From a virus, in the IMG/VR virus record IMGVR_UViG_3300010151_007551, positions 1-64,000 of that record: 64,000 bases of DNA, one strand, 5' to 3'. The first letter of the stretch is position 1. Each line of letters opens with the position of its first letter. The translations under genes and the position numbers were made by a program. Of the stretch, positions 1 to 11,200 are shown piece after piece. The notes under the pieces are model-generated. The model was not told the origin of the DNA. It worked only from the letters and a program-made list of their open reading frames with translations, and made no database searches.

Positions 1-252
1 GTGAACAGGGAATTCAAGGAGATCCAGGTGAGCCGGGAATGCCAGGGGATCCTGGTGAGCAAGGGGAACCAGGTGAACAGGGAATTCAAGGAGATCCAGG
101 TGAGCCGGGAATGCCAGGGGATCCTGGTGAGCAAGGGGAACCAGGTGAACAGGGAATTCAAGGAGATCCAGGTGAACAAGGAATTCAAGGAGATCCAGGT
201 GAGCCGGGAATGCCAGGGGATCCTGGTGAGCAAGGGGAACCAGGTGAACAAG
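1..252 (+). repeat. 72-bp tandem repeat encoding the collagen stretch
   Basis: Identical units at 1-72 and 73-144, a 27-bp partial unit at 145-171, and a near-identical unit at 172-243. Confidence 0.95.
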
Positions 253-1244
253 GCCCTCCAGGGGATGATGGAAGCTCTTCTCCACGTAGTCAAACTAGAA
301 TTATGGGTGAAGGAGTATTAGGAATAGTATCAGCTCCTGTAGCTTCAAACACAATATTATATTTAACTACTAGTGGTGGTAGTTTTCCAAGTGAAAAGTG
401 GTGGGATATCACAACAGAACCACAAGATAATGAAGGAAGCGGAAGTGAAAGCCAAATAGCTGCTCAAATAGCACCAGGGAATGAAGAAGAAGGATATCCA
501 GGTGCAGTAGGATATGGTGGTGGTTTTTTCCCAACTAATGATAGTGCAGGCTTAGTAACTGATTTACCAATAACATTACCAATTGGAGATGAAGTCATAT
601 ATTTTAATACCTATGATCAATATGATGATGGTTGGGATGGAACTAATTTTGAATTAAGAACTCTTCCAGGAGGTGAAGGAGATATAGTTGCTTCTGGAAT
701 AGATCCTAATGATGGTTTTGAAGATCCAGGTGGAACATGGCTTGACGGAGAAACAGGAACTAAATGGGAAAGCTCAACAGAATTTATTGTTCCTGGTGGA
801 GAAGAACCAGAAGAAGATTCTGTTCTTTTAACAGTATTAAATCTGAATTCAGATGAAATTGACAGACCATTAAGAATAACATTTGTAGCTCAATCTGAAA
901 CACATGAAGTGAAAATAGAAGGCTTAACATTTGCAAATGAATCTGATAATGCTATATCTTGTTATCTTGAAATTATGTTAGCTATAGAAAATGCTCCTGA
1001 TGAAAACCTTTATGGAAATCCTGGGCAATCTTATTTTGAAACTATAGAACTTGGTGCAGGTCTTATAACTAATTTAACTCCTATTAATTTCTTAATAAGT
1101 GAATTAGAAGTTGGTTTAGAATATGAATATTTTTTAAAAGCTAGAGTATCTGAAGCAACAGAAGTTTTTGTTAAAGCGGAAAACATATTTGGACATAAAC
1201 TAATTAAAATGACTGAGGTTGGTGTTAACTTAACAGAAATATAA
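3..1244 (+). CDS. Collagen-like (Gly-X-Y) acidic fibre/surface protein, 5'-truncated by the window edge
   Basis: The frame is open from position 3 with uninterrupted [15 protein letters not shown] triplets. An acidic globular region follows, with [12 protein letters not shown] and [10 protein letters not shown] motifs resembling the D.YGDGW.G module of Bacteroidota surface proteins. Confidence 0.8.
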   Translation, partial: EQGIQGDPGEPGMPGDPGEQGEPGEQGIQGDPGEPGMPGDPGEQGEPGEQGIQGDPGEQGIQGDPGEPGMPGDPGEQGEPGEQGPPGDDGSSSPRSQTRIMGEGVLGIVSAPVASNTILYLTTSGGSFPSEKWWDITTEPQDNEGSGSESQIAAQIAPGNEEEGYPGAVGYGGGFFPTNDSAGLVTDLPITLPIGDEVIYFNTYDQYDDGWDGTNFELRTLPGGEGDIVASGIDPNDGFEDPGGTWLDGETGTKWESSTEFIVPGGEEPEEDSVLLTVLNLNSDEIDRPLRITFVAQSETHEVKIEGLTFANESDNAISCYLEIMLAIENAPDENLYGNPGQSYFETIELGAGLITNLTPINFLISELEVGLEYEYFLKARVSEATEVFVKAENIFGHKLIKMTEVGVNLTEI

Positions 1245-1338
1245 TAGGAATAAATAAAGACTATATAGGTAATCCTTTAGGTTTTTTCAAACTTTTCATA
1301 TAAATAAAACTATAAAAATAACTTTCCCCAAATAACAA

Positions 1339-1824
1339 ATGACATTAAGCACTCTTAAGCTTTATTTTAAAATGTTAATTTGTGTCATAGGTATGTTATT
1401 TCCATTATTTTTACACTTTTCTGGAGGTCACAATGTGAACTCATTTAGTGAATATTATTACACTCCAGCTAAATTAACTTTTATATGTTTATGTATTATT
1501 ATGGCAATAAACATGGTAAGTACAACGAAATGGGAAATACCGGCACTTTTAATAATAATAATCGCTATTTTTCCATGTAAAGAATTTAAAATTTTACATA
1601 ACGCATCAGCTATTATATTTTTTATATGGTGTACTTTAATAATGTGTAAAGATAAACGATTAGCTTGGATGGGATATGTAATGTTAGCGGCTTCTCCAAT
1701 TTATATAGTTAGCATATATTGGTGTGAAGTAATACAAGTTTTTTTAATATCATTATTCCATTTAAAATATTTAAAAAGAATAAATCGAGTAAAAATTATA
1801 AAGAAAAAAAAAAGATATTTCTAA
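1339..1824 (+). CDS. Multi-pass membrane protein, unknown function
   Basis: 161 aa with about 5 hydrophobic segments and a basic C-terminal tail; a promoter-like motif lies upstream (1289-1318). Confidence 0.7.
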   Translation: MTLSTLKLYFKMLICVIGMLFPLFLHFSGGHNVNSFSEYYYTPAKLTFICLCIIMAINMVSTTKWEIPALLIIIIAIFPCKEFKILHNASAIIFFIWCTLIMCKDKRLAWMGYVMLAASPIYIVSIYWCEVIQVFLISLFHLKYLKRINRVKIIKKKKRYF

Positions 1825-2373
1825 TTATTCAAAGTCTACTTCTAATTTAAAATCAAGATATTGAAATTTAACTTCAAAAGTATTAAATTCTGGAGTAACT
1901 GAACTATATGATAATTTTATTCCAGTTTGTGATTTTAGTATTGGTCTATTAAAAATCAAAGATGATACAGCATATCCTTCATTGTTTAATAATAATAGTC
2001 TAATTGGACCAAGGGTTTGGTTTCTATTATCAAAATCTAAAAAATTTAGTGAATTTTCCAAAAACATAAAATAGTTTAGATATGCATCAGTTAGTTTCAT
2101 AGTAAGAGATATTTCCCTAGTAAATAAATCTGCTATTGGTTTTGATGATTTATACTCTTGTTTCTTTCCCAATAACCTAGTTTGATCTGCTAATTGCATT
2201 GTCCATGATGGAAATTCAATTTGTTGAACGGTAGATGCCATAAAATCTTCAATTGTATCATATGGCAATATTAAGCTTTTATAATATGCTTTATATTTTT
2301 CTTTTACTTCATCAGCAAAAAAGTTTTCTGGTAAAAGTAAAACAAAACTATTATTTCTTACGTTTAAAATCAT
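1825..2373 (-). CDS. T4 gp3-like tail tube terminator / tube-fold protein
   Basis: 182 aa; the pattern N.F.L....TVQQIEFPS....F.V.FQY..F.LE resembles the gp3/gp19 tube fold; last gene of the gp14-gp15 block. Confidence 0.55.
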   Translation of the reverse strand: MILNVRNNSFVLLLPENFFADEVKEKYKAYYKSLILPYDTIEDFMASTVQQIEFPSWTMQLADQTRLLGKKQEYKSSKPIADLFTREISLTMKLTDAYLNYFMFLENSLNFLDFDNRNQTLGPIRLLLLNNEGYAVSSLIFNRPILKSQTGIKLSYSSVTPEFNTFEVKFQYLDFKLEVDFE

Positions 2374-2375
2374 AA

Positions 2376-2804
2376 TTAATCAAAGTGTCCTATTTTAATA
2401 ATATATTTGAAATCGTCAGGATTCATAGAGTTATTCATATCTATTTCAACCTCTTCTATGTATAGTGGAAACCCACCTATTTCCTTTTCATATTTTTCTA
2501 AAGGAATATCTATATCCTCTATATCAAATTCATCTATATAATCTCCATCAAATGAAACATATTCTCCACGCATACCTATTCTTCTTAATGAAAACCTAAC
2601 TCCTTCTATTCCTGATCTTTTATATTCAAAGTCTAAATCAAATTCAACGATAACATAGTGTAATTCCAATTCAGTATCTTCACCTTTATCTGGTTCGTTG
2701 AAAAGGTTTACCATTCTAATGATAGAATCTTGTTGTATTTCTTGCTTAAATGAATCATCTAATTCGAAATTTTCATAAAGCGATATGTGTTTCTTTTTAT
2801 GCAT
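2376..2804 (-). CDS. Acidic hypothetical protein (possible head-internal protein)
   Basis: 142-aa ORF coupled to the CCA gene; N-terminal KHISLYENF motif. Confidence 0.6.
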   Translation of the reverse strand: MHKKKHISLYENFELDDSFKQEIQQDSIIRMVNLFNEPDKGEDTELELHYVIVEFDLDFEYKRSGIEGVRFSLRRIGMRGEYVSFDGDYIDEFDIEDIDIPLEKYEKEIGGFPLYIEEVEIDMNNSMNPDDFKYIIKIGHFD

Positions 2805-3991
2805 TATATATTAACTTTTTTAAATCCCCAGGGGGCATTCTCGAACGTTCTAATGTGCTTAAACGTATATGACTCATTACTACTTATAATGTCTTTAAAT
2901 TTATCTAATTCAAGTCTTTTTATATACTTCCCAACATCCGGTCCGGGCTTTATATTATATATATCCATTACGTCTTTACCAGTTATAGAAGTATTATAGT
3001 TTAAGAAAGATGTAATTAGTTTAGTATCAATATTATTTCTAACAGCAAACTCTTTTATTTGATCTTCTGTTAACGTTGTTCTACTTTGACCTTTCTTAAT
3101 ATCATATGCATTATCTTCCGATAAAGATAATAATGAAATTAAAAATTTAATGTTTTCTATTTCCTGATTAGAATATGCAGATTTATTCAATTGTTTCTCA
3201 ACCGTGTGTAAATTATTATCTTTTAATAATGAAGATATTACAATAATAGGATCACTTGTCTCCGCGTAATCTGCGTTTATATTTAAATTTGGAAATAACC
3301 ATTTAAATAGATCGTACTTTTCTATTAATTTTAAAAAATAAACAGTGGATAAGGATTTTAATAATCCTTTAATGAATTCATCTCTAATTCTTTCAGATGA
3401 AATGCCATCTAAAGAAGAATCTTTAATAAGAGCATCGTTCATTTGCTTATCTAATTCAGATCCCGTTATTCCAGCAAATCTAATAGCTCTAAGTATTCTC
3501 AACCTATCTTCATTAAATCTTTCAGACGGATCACCAACAGATTTAACTATTCCATTTTTTAAATCATCTACACCACCTACTAGGTCAACTATTTCTTCGG
3601 TATCAGTATCATAGAATAATGCATTTATTGTTAAATCCCTCCTTTTAACATCTCCTTCTATATCTGTAAAAGCAACTGAATCTGGTCTTCTTCCACTTCC
3701 TATATCTTCTCTAAATGTTGCTATTTCAAATTCACCAGATGGAGTATCAGCTAACCATATACCGAATGCCTCACCAATAGGTAACATTTTATAAACGTCC
3801 TTTAACATTTTATTTACTTCATCGGGATGTGCATCAGTTGCTATATCATAGTCCTTTGGTTTTATTCCAGATATTGCATCTCTAACTGCGCCGCCTACTA
3901 AATATATTTTATATCCATTGTCCTTAAATATATCTCTTATTTTAAGAATATCTTCTGGTAAATCAATATGGTGCTTTATGCGCTTTTCCAT
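2804..3991 (-). CDS. cca: tRNA nucleotidyltransferase (CCA-adding enzyme, class II)
   Basis: Motifs LVGGAVRD..KDYDIAT, RRDLTINAL, RFNEDRLRILRAIRF and ISSERIRDEF. It lacks the poly(A)-polymerase G[RK][RK]F signature (has IGEAFG instead). Confidence 0.9.
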   Translation of the reverse strand: MEKRIKHHIDLPEDILKIRDIFKDNGYKIYLVGGAVRDAISGIKPKDYDIATDAHPDEVNKMLKDVYKMLPIGEAFGIWLADTPSGEFEIATFREDIGSGRRPDSVAFTDIEGDVKRRDLTINALFYDTDTEEIVDLVGGVDDLKNGIVKSVGDPSERFNEDRLRILRAIRFAGITGSELDKQMNDALIKDSSLDGISSERIRDEFIKGLLKSLSTVYFLKLIEKYDLFKWLFPNLNINADYAETSDPIIVISSLLKDNNLHTVEKQLNKSAYSNQEIENIKFLISLLSLSEDNAYDIKKGQSRTTLTEDQIKEFAVRNNIDTKLITSFLNYNTSITGKDVMDIYNIKPGPDVGKYIKRLELDKFKDIISSNESYTFKHIRTFENAPWGFKKVNI

Positions 3992-4737
3992 TATTTAGTA
4001 TCTATGGATTTTCCTGAACTATCTATGTTTAAACCGAATCTTCTAATATTATTTCCTTTATAGAAAGTAGTATCTTCACTAAAGCTAGGAAAGTATGTTT
4101 CCATGTCTAAAGAAAAACTTATATTTACTCTTTGATCTGTTTCGTATGTAAAATCATATTTTTTCTCAAAATTTTCTTGATCTGGAAATGTAAATTGTCC
4201 TGGTATCCTAACGCCTCTATATTGAAAATAAACTACTCTATTTTTATAATACATATCCATTACTTTTTCCATTATCTTAAATGATTTATTTAAATTATCA
4301 ACTAATATTTTAGCATCAAATTTTAATTGTAATGGTAAAGAATATAATCTAGACGAATATGCTTTATTTATTTTTTCATCGTTTTCACCAAGTTCTTGTT
4401 GTAGAAACGATCCTCTAACGAATTTGTTTGTTATAGCTGAGCTTTTAATACTAAATGAATTTAATGTTACTATTCCTCTAGGAACTATATCATAGTTTCC
4501 TTCTGCGTGTTTAGGTATTTTACATTCATTAGGAACATCTATGAAAAAATCTTTCATAAATCCTTCTCCACCTGAGAAATTATAGAAAAAAGGAATTTCA
4601 TGCTTTTCCACTTTTCCATCTCTAACTAAATCAATTTCTATCTCTCTATTTAAAACGTCCAATAACGAAAGAGTGGCGTTTCTAAGAAAAATATCTTGTA
4701 CATTTGTATTTCTTATATTTTGATTATCTAAATTCAT
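3991..4737 (-). CDS. T4 gp15-like tail sheath stabiliser/completion protein
   Basis: 248 aa with IPFFY, VPRGIV and P..L.F..KIL....N.SFKIME patterns typical of gp15 homologues; directly follows the gp14-like gene. Confidence 0.7.
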   Translation of the reverse strand: MNLDNQNIRNTNVQDIFLRNATLSLLDVLNREIEIDLVRDGKVEKHEIPFFYNFSGGEGFMKDFFIDVPNECKIPKHAEGNYDIVPRGIVTLNSFSIKSSAITNKFVRGSFLQQELGENDEKINKAYSSRLYSLPLQLKFDAKILVDNLNKSFKIMEKVMDMYYKNRVVYFQYRGVRIPGQFTFPDQENFEKKYDFTYETDQRVNISFSLDMETYFPSFSEDTTFYKGNNIRRFGLNIDSSGKSIDTK

Positions 4738-4755
4738 ATGTTATTATTTATTTTA

Positions 4756-6897
4756 TTATCTATTTCTACTTATAAACGGAACTTTTATTTGTGGCCTACA
4801 GTTGTCTATTATTAATAACATTGATTCGTCTTTAATAAATTGTTGACTTAAAATAAAATCATGTTCTTCTTCTTTTATCATAGTATTAAATAATCTAATG
4901 TTAGATAACAAAAGATTAGAAGTTGGAATATTATATGGTTGTTCTATATCAAATTCTTCTACTGGCATTGATGAAATTGATTCAAATACCTTTTTAAAAT
5001 CCGTGTGATTTGTTAAATCTGCTTCGTCATCTATTATATTATACACATATACTCCTATTTGTTTAAATTCATTTGAAACAGAAACTACCATTCCATGCCA
5101 GCTGTTTGAAATAAAGTTTGGAATAGTATATGTTTTTTCATGAGTGTTTAATTTAACTTTTAAAATAAGATCTCCTTCATCAGAACTTCCAACGTATTTA
5201 TTGAACTGTGCATAAATATAAAGTCCACTCTCGCTTTGATTATCAAATCCCTTTATAAAACTAACGATTTCAGCATCGGATGGAACGTTAAATATGCTTG
5301 TAAATGATAAATTATCATTTTCATCTTTACCGAAAACAGGATTGAAATTATAAATAACCGCGGTTGATCTTAATTTTAAATTAAGAATATCACTTCCTGG
5401 AGAAGCGGTGGTATCCACCATTATATCCCTTTGTTTTGTGAATGTTAAATCTGTATATGCTTCTAATTGTACATATGCACCAAGTTCAGATGGAAAAGGT
5501 CCTCTAACTCTAAGATATCTTACATCCGTTCCTAATATGTTTTTATCATTTGTCATGAGTTCATTATTGGCCCATGCTCCATATATGTCGCTGCTTTGAT
5601 ATGCTCTAACCACATTGTAGTTGTTTTTATCATCAACCGTTCCTTTAACAGATAACATTACCTGATCAGTAGACGTAGTTGGTGGATTATCAGTAGTTAG
5701 TCCATATGAATCTATCAAAATTTCTATTCCTCTTAAATCATAGTAGTTTTCCATTAAAGATGCAAAGTTAAAAGTATATTTAATAGGTTTTATCTTTAAG
5801 TCAGGGTGAATCGATTTACGAGAGACATCGAATCTTCTCGATATAGTTGTATATTGCTGAGGCATCGTACCATCCTCAATGTTCTCTGTGACCTCCTCAG
5901 CAAACAATTCTTCAGCACTAGTGATTATGTTATCCATGTATTTTCTATTTTCATCTTTCATTAACATATCGATGTTAGGATTGAACTTAATTAACTGTAT
6001 TTTCCAATACGTTGGCTCCATCATGAAACTTCTATATAAGTAAGATCCCTGTATTTCAAACATTCTGTTAATTAATGGAAAATATAAAAAGTCTCTTCTT
6101 CTAGGCTCTGCTTCTTTTCCAAATACAGATTGAAAATATCTATTATCCACGTGTATTTCAAATGGCAATTCGAAATCTATTCCAAATTCTGAAAACTTGG
6201 GTTTATTATCTGGAAACTTATTAGCTGGCACTAGTACCTTTACGCATTTCCTATCTATGTTTTTAAATAGGGTCCATTCTTTAAAAATATAATCGCCACT
6301 GTCTGATTCTGGAAGAGTTCTAAAATAAACAACTTCGTGCCCAAATATCTTATTGGTATGAAAAGAAAGTTCTTTGAATATTCCTATTGCACTGTCTACT
6401 TGGTATGGCCTAAATCGTGCTTCTCTTTCGAAGATTAAAGCTGGACATTTTTCATCTGAACAACAAACGATAGGGGTTAAAACATTAGGTAAACCTGGAT
6501 CAATTCTCTTTAGTCTAATTTTTATTTCATCTATTTGAATAGGAGAATCTAATTCTTCAAATGTTCCATCGTCATATTCATACTTTATTTCTATGAATAA
6601 ATCACAATCTTTTTCAAATTCTATCTCTTTAACGTTATCTAATCCATTTGGATCTACGTCTAGTGGTGCAAAAGAATACCAGAGAGACCAGTCTAATTTA
6701 TTATTAGAATATCTAAGATACCTTTTTAGATAGCTTAAATCCACTGCGCCTGGCGAAGCTATTTCAATATCCTCTAATATATCCTCTATGTTGCCTACTC
6801 CATATATGGGATCGTTTACGGAAAATATTCTAAAGTTTTTACTAAAGGTAAGAGTATTGGAACCTGCTTCAGGTATAATTTTAATAGTAATATTCAT
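4756..6897 (-). CDS. Extended gp14-like neck protein
   Basis: The central region GHEVVYFR..D.IFKE...FSEFGID...F...EPRRRDFLYFPL.NRMFEI resembles gp14. Long N- and C-terminal additions bring it to 713 aa. Confidence 0.65.
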   Translation of the reverse strand: MNITIKIIPEAGSNTLTFSKNFRIFSVNDPIYGVGNIEDILEDIEIASPGAVDLSYLKRYLRYSNNKLDWSLWYSFAPLDVDPNGLDNVKEIEFEKDCDLFIEIKYEYDDGTFEELDSPIQIDEIKIRLKRIDPGLPNVLTPIVCCSDEKCPALIFEREARFRPYQVDSAIGIFKELSFHTNKIFGHEVVYFRTLPESDSGDYIFKEWTLFKNIDRKCVKVLVPANKFPDNKPKFSEFGIDFELPFEIHVDNRYFQSVFGKEAEPRRRDFLYFPLINRMFEIQGSYLYRSFMMEPTYWKIQLIKFNPNIDMLMKDENRKYMDNIITSAEELFAEEVTENIEDGTMPQQYTTISRRFDVSRKSIHPDLKIKPIKYTFNFASLMENYYDLRGIEILIDSYGLTTDNPPTTSTDQVMLSVKGTVDDKNNYNVVRAYQSSDIYGAWANNELMTNDKNILGTDVRYLRVRGPFPSELGAYVQLEAYTDLTFTKQRDIMVDTTASPGSDILNLKLRSTAVIYNFNPVFGKDENDNLSFTSIFNVPSDAEIVSFIKGFDNQSESGLYIYAQFNKYVGSSDEGDLILKVKLNTHEKTYTIPNFISNSWHGMVVSVSNEFKQIGVYVYNIIDDEADLTNHTDFKKVFESISSMPVEEFDIEQPYNIPTSNLLLSNIRLFNTMIKEEEHDFILSQQFIKDESMLLIIDNCRPQIKVPFISRNR

Positions 6898-7018
6898 TAA
6901 TTATATAATTATATTTTTTTCTATATAGTTTTATTTATTTTTAAATAAAATTGTTATTCTCATATAGAACCAACTAAGTCGAGCTTTGTAGAATATATAA
7001 AATAAAGAATGATAGAAA

Positions 7019-7834
7019 TTGAATACGAACAAACCTATACTAGATCCTCTTTGGTTAACTAAACAAGAATACGTAGACTTTGAATATTTCAAGTATATCT
7101 TATTAGACGCAAAGGAAAAATATATGTCTAATATTGAGGAAACGGATAATGAAAATTTCTATGAAATAATGTTTCACTATTTAAACCTTAATAATCTAGT
7201 GTTAGATGGAAACATGTTTGATTTTAAAATGAATTCTTTTTGGAAAAATGAAAAAATAAAAAGAATTTCTAGAGAACTATATCATTTTTATAAAAATCAC
7301 AATGATTCAGGTGAAACGATAAGAATGGCCAACGAAGTATTTAAAGAGCTATCTTTAAAATATCTTCAAAGAGAATCTAAAGGAATTAGAGACAAAGATA
7401 ATAATTTATATTACGTAAATAAGAAAATACATTTGTGTAATGAAATAATAATATTAATTAATAAAAAATCTAGTAAAGACTATCACGTTTTTAAATTAAA
7501 AACAGACGGTAGAAAATCAAAAGGTTATTCATTTGATAAGATTGGCGTAATGAATATTAAGAAATTAGAAAGTGATTCTTTAAATAAAGCAATAGATGAA
7601 CTAAATAATAAAGATCTTAAAAACCTAGACCCTGATACTAATCTACTGTTTTGTGTAGCAAAGGATAAAAAAATAGAAATTGAAGAAACGGCAACTTCTA
7701 TAAAAAATAGTATTCTTTTAAATAAATTGGTGGCTAATGATATTAGATTTGATCCTCATATAATTATAAATTCATATAACCTATTATTATATGAAAACAT
7801 TCTTCCTTTTAAACTAGATGAATCTTTTTTATAG
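7019..7834 (+). CDS. Hypothetical protein
   Basis: 271-aa ORF (TTG start) opposite to its neighbours, preceded by the AAC-N17-GTAGAATA promoter motif. Confidence 0.7.
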   Translation: MNTNKPILDPLWLTKQEYVDFEYFKYILLDAKEKYMSNIEETDNENFYEIMFHYLNLNNLVLDGNMFDFKMNSFWKNEKIKRISRELYHFYKNHNDSGETIRMANEVFKELSLKYLQRESKGIRDKDNNLYYVNKKIHLCNEIIILINKKSSKDYHVFKLKTDGRKSKGYSFDKIGVMNIKKLESDSLNKAIDELNNKDLKNLDPDTNLLFCVAKDKKIEIEETATSIKNSILLNKLVANDIRFDPHIIINSYNLLLYENILPFKLDESFL

Positions 7835-8200
7835 ACTATCTTCTACAGTAAGTCCATTTGATTCTAAATATTCTTTTAATTTAGAATATGAAACTTGATA
7901 AAGATTTTCGTCTGTTAATTTTACTAGTTCACTGGGCTTTTCTTCTTCTTCTTTTACGGGTTCTCCATTTTCCATCACGGGACTTCCTGCTTTATAATTA
8001 GAAAAATCTACCCTTTGAGGAATAAGTTTACTTTTAATAGTATTATCTTTATCGTTTTCTCTTTCTTCTAAACTAATATATGCGTTGACGTGTAATTTAA
8101 GATTTGTATCTTTTACATATTCATATTTTTTAATATTTACATATGCCTCTGAAGTTGTTCCAGAATCGCTATATACTTCATTTGTTATTATAAGTCCCAT
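7829..8200 (-). CDS. Small protein downstream of the tail fibre (possible fibre-assembly chaperone)
   Basis: 123-aa ORF directly after the fibre gene; function inferred from position only. Confidence 0.5.
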   Translation of the reverse strand: MGLIITNEVYSDSGTTSEAYVNIKKYEYVKDTNLKLHVNAYISLEERENDKDNTIKSKLIPQRVDFSNYKAGSPVMENGEPVKEEEEKPSELVKLTDENLYQVSYSKLKEYLESNGLTVEDSL

Positions 8201-8230
8201 GCTATATTTCTTTTTTTTATTTATTCACTA

Positions 8231-11200
8231 CTATGCCTGTTCAATTATTGAAAATTGAAATGATATTTGACCCACCGTTATTGCCGGTAACGCCGTATTT
8301 CTTCTTAAGTAAAAAGTTACCGCATTAACACCAGGAGTTGGAGCAATGGTATAGTTAAATGCCTCAGCATCTCCACCACCGGCTAAAGCATATCTAGGAC
8401 TTGCTGTAACTACGGTTTTAAGAGGATTCCACGCAGCTCCTGGTAAAGACACTGTTATGAATCCACCTCCTGTTACGTAAAATGCAGTGTCCATATCACC
8501 AGCCGTGGCCGTCATCCCGGGTGCACTTGTCCAATCGTTCATGTTCGTGATCGCATGGCTCGCACCGAACGGCGCCGGTCCTCCGGGATTAGCAGTATTG
8601 TATGTAAAGCCGATTGCTCCATGAATTTCTCTAATTTTTTTATTATCAGAAGCAATTGATATTCCATCTTCTACATTCAAGCTTCCATCTAAGTGATTTT
8701 CTTCATCTCCTTCTATATGAAAACCATGTTTAGTGCCGCCTGTTGCTCCAGCAGTTAAATCCATTTTTATACCATACCTGCTTCCTCCAGTATTTCCCCA
8801 TATTCGTATCCAATGACCCATTGCATCTCCTAATACGGTAGTATTTGATTGGAGATCTAGGTGATATCCTGTAAAATCATCACATTGAAATAGAGATTCT
8901 GCAAAAATTGCAGGGCTTCCAAATGTCATATGGTCTACAAATGCATCTCCCGTAGCAGTAGTGGTTGCTATAAATCCATGTCTACCTCTCAGGCAATATT
9001 GACCAAAGTTATTGGTTCCAATTTCCAGGATATGATCCACAAACATGTTTCCATTAAATGTTGAATCAGCATTTCTAACAACCCTATGCATCGCGCTTTG
9101 GACATTTATTGATTGTGCTCTGCTTTGTATTAAATTATATCCTCCAATGTTATCATCGATATCAGCTATCATTGTTAAATTGGTAGAAGATCCAGGATAC
9201 ATCATTAACTGGTTCAGTGGATCTTTTTGAGATATATTTATTTGAATGGGTCCATCACATGATATACCTTGTCCCTTATCAATATATAATCCTCCTGATC
9301 CTATATTTACTGAATTACCAATATTTACATTATTTCCAAAATTAGCATTATCCAATACTGTTAAACCAGATGTTTTAATAGAACCAGATGTCATAGAAGA
9401 AACATCTACACTATTCTTTTTAAAGGTTATAATTCCACCCCTTGTACTATTTACCGTTGTAACATTAATGTATTCTCCAGTTATATCCATTCTGTTTGGG
9501 TACATCCAAACGTCTTCATTATGCGTAGTTTCATTTATAAATTCTACTCCAGAACTAGTATTATATCTAAGAACAGAAAGAGAACCCCTATTGGTATCAT
9601 TATATGTAGCTAATACATATATGTATTCACCTTCTACCTTTATATCAAGTATTTGATATTCAGAAGGTGTTCCCGATATATGAGCAAGCATATCGAAACC
9701 ACCATAACCGGGTCCATTTGGCATGGGTTGCCAATTAAAACCTGGAGTAAGTCCTACCATAAAAGTCCCAGATAATTGTCTATAGAATAATAGCACTATG
9801 TTAGCCCATCCTATCGCCATTATGTTACCAGATACTGATATACCTCCTCTTTTCCTACTTGCTAGTGTTGCATCAGTTCCCTGTGTTAAAAGTTTCCCAT
9901 CGCTTGGATCTTGTATTCCAGTTAGGTATACATCCATGAATGCCATTCCAGTTCCAATTGGATCGTGAATATCTATACTATTCACAGATAATCTAAAATC
10001 ATTTACGACACCTGCTACTTCAGAATCGAAAGATAAAACATATGCTTCTTCACCAGAGATATCAAAATCTAATAGGTAAATGTCTCCTCCCAGGGACTGC
10101 ATATTTTCTAAAGGACTAATTATCGTTCCGGGAGACTGCAATGGATGAAAGGTTGGAGATATCGGATTGGTTATATCAATAGCAGCAAGCTTTGGACCTT
10201 GAACGGATCGTGGTGTATTATCATATTCCATTGCAAATGCCCACTTACCACTAACCATTAATCTATATGATGAAACAAAATAATCTTCAAATGCTCCACC
10301 GCTTAAGTCTAAGTTTCCTACCATTTGAACACCATTGATGTTACTATCTATTTCTAAAACCGTTAGTGACGATGCTTCATCTCCCTGAAAAATTGGCGGA
10401 ATTGCGTCATTTCTACATCTTGCGTGTAAGCAATATATGTACTTTCCTTTTATATCAATATCTCGTATATATGTGGCAGGAAATGCATTATATCCAAATG
10501 CAATGGTGTTTTTTGCATATCTCCCATTTATAAGTTGTCCATGATTATCGGTTCCTTGATTGGCAGTTATTTCATATCTAGAGTGCGAAAAAGTATCGGC
10601 ATTTAATATAACTTGTTGTCCATTTTGATATGAAGATTGCAAATCTAAAATAATTATACCACCTGGCGTAGTACTAATTGCTCCATTAGCCGCGGCTGGT
10701 GGAACTGAGTTATATTCAGGATTACCAGCAATGGCTACTGTGTATGTTCCATTAGAGGCAATTCCTGTTCTAAACTGATTTGCTGTTAAAAAACCATATA
10801 GTATCTGTTCATCGTTTCCAACAATTTCTAAATCACTATTTGGAATTTGATAATAGTCACCATGTGATTGAAAAATATTATCATCAAACATTAAAGTATT
10901 ATCAATATATAATGGAGCATTATTAACGCTAATTGCTGCGATATGCGTAGCTGAATATAAACTAGATGGAATATTATTTGATGAATCAAAATCATCAAGT
11001 ACACCAAATTGTGTAGCTATGAATCCATCTGTTATTAATATTCCATCAACCATGGTTGTAGGGGTAGGAAAATATTCCTCTAAAGCAAACCTACCACCTA
11101 TTTTTAATGTGACATTTGCTTGCTGTATAGCAGTTGATGTACTAAATCGTGGAGTTATAAATTCATATTGCGCATTTTGATCTATATTAGAAATAGCAAC

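Noticed and set aside
1-321. ORF 1..321 and a CRISPR-like reading of the opening repeats
   Set aside because: It is an alternative frame of the collagen repeat. The units are contiguous with no unique spacers.
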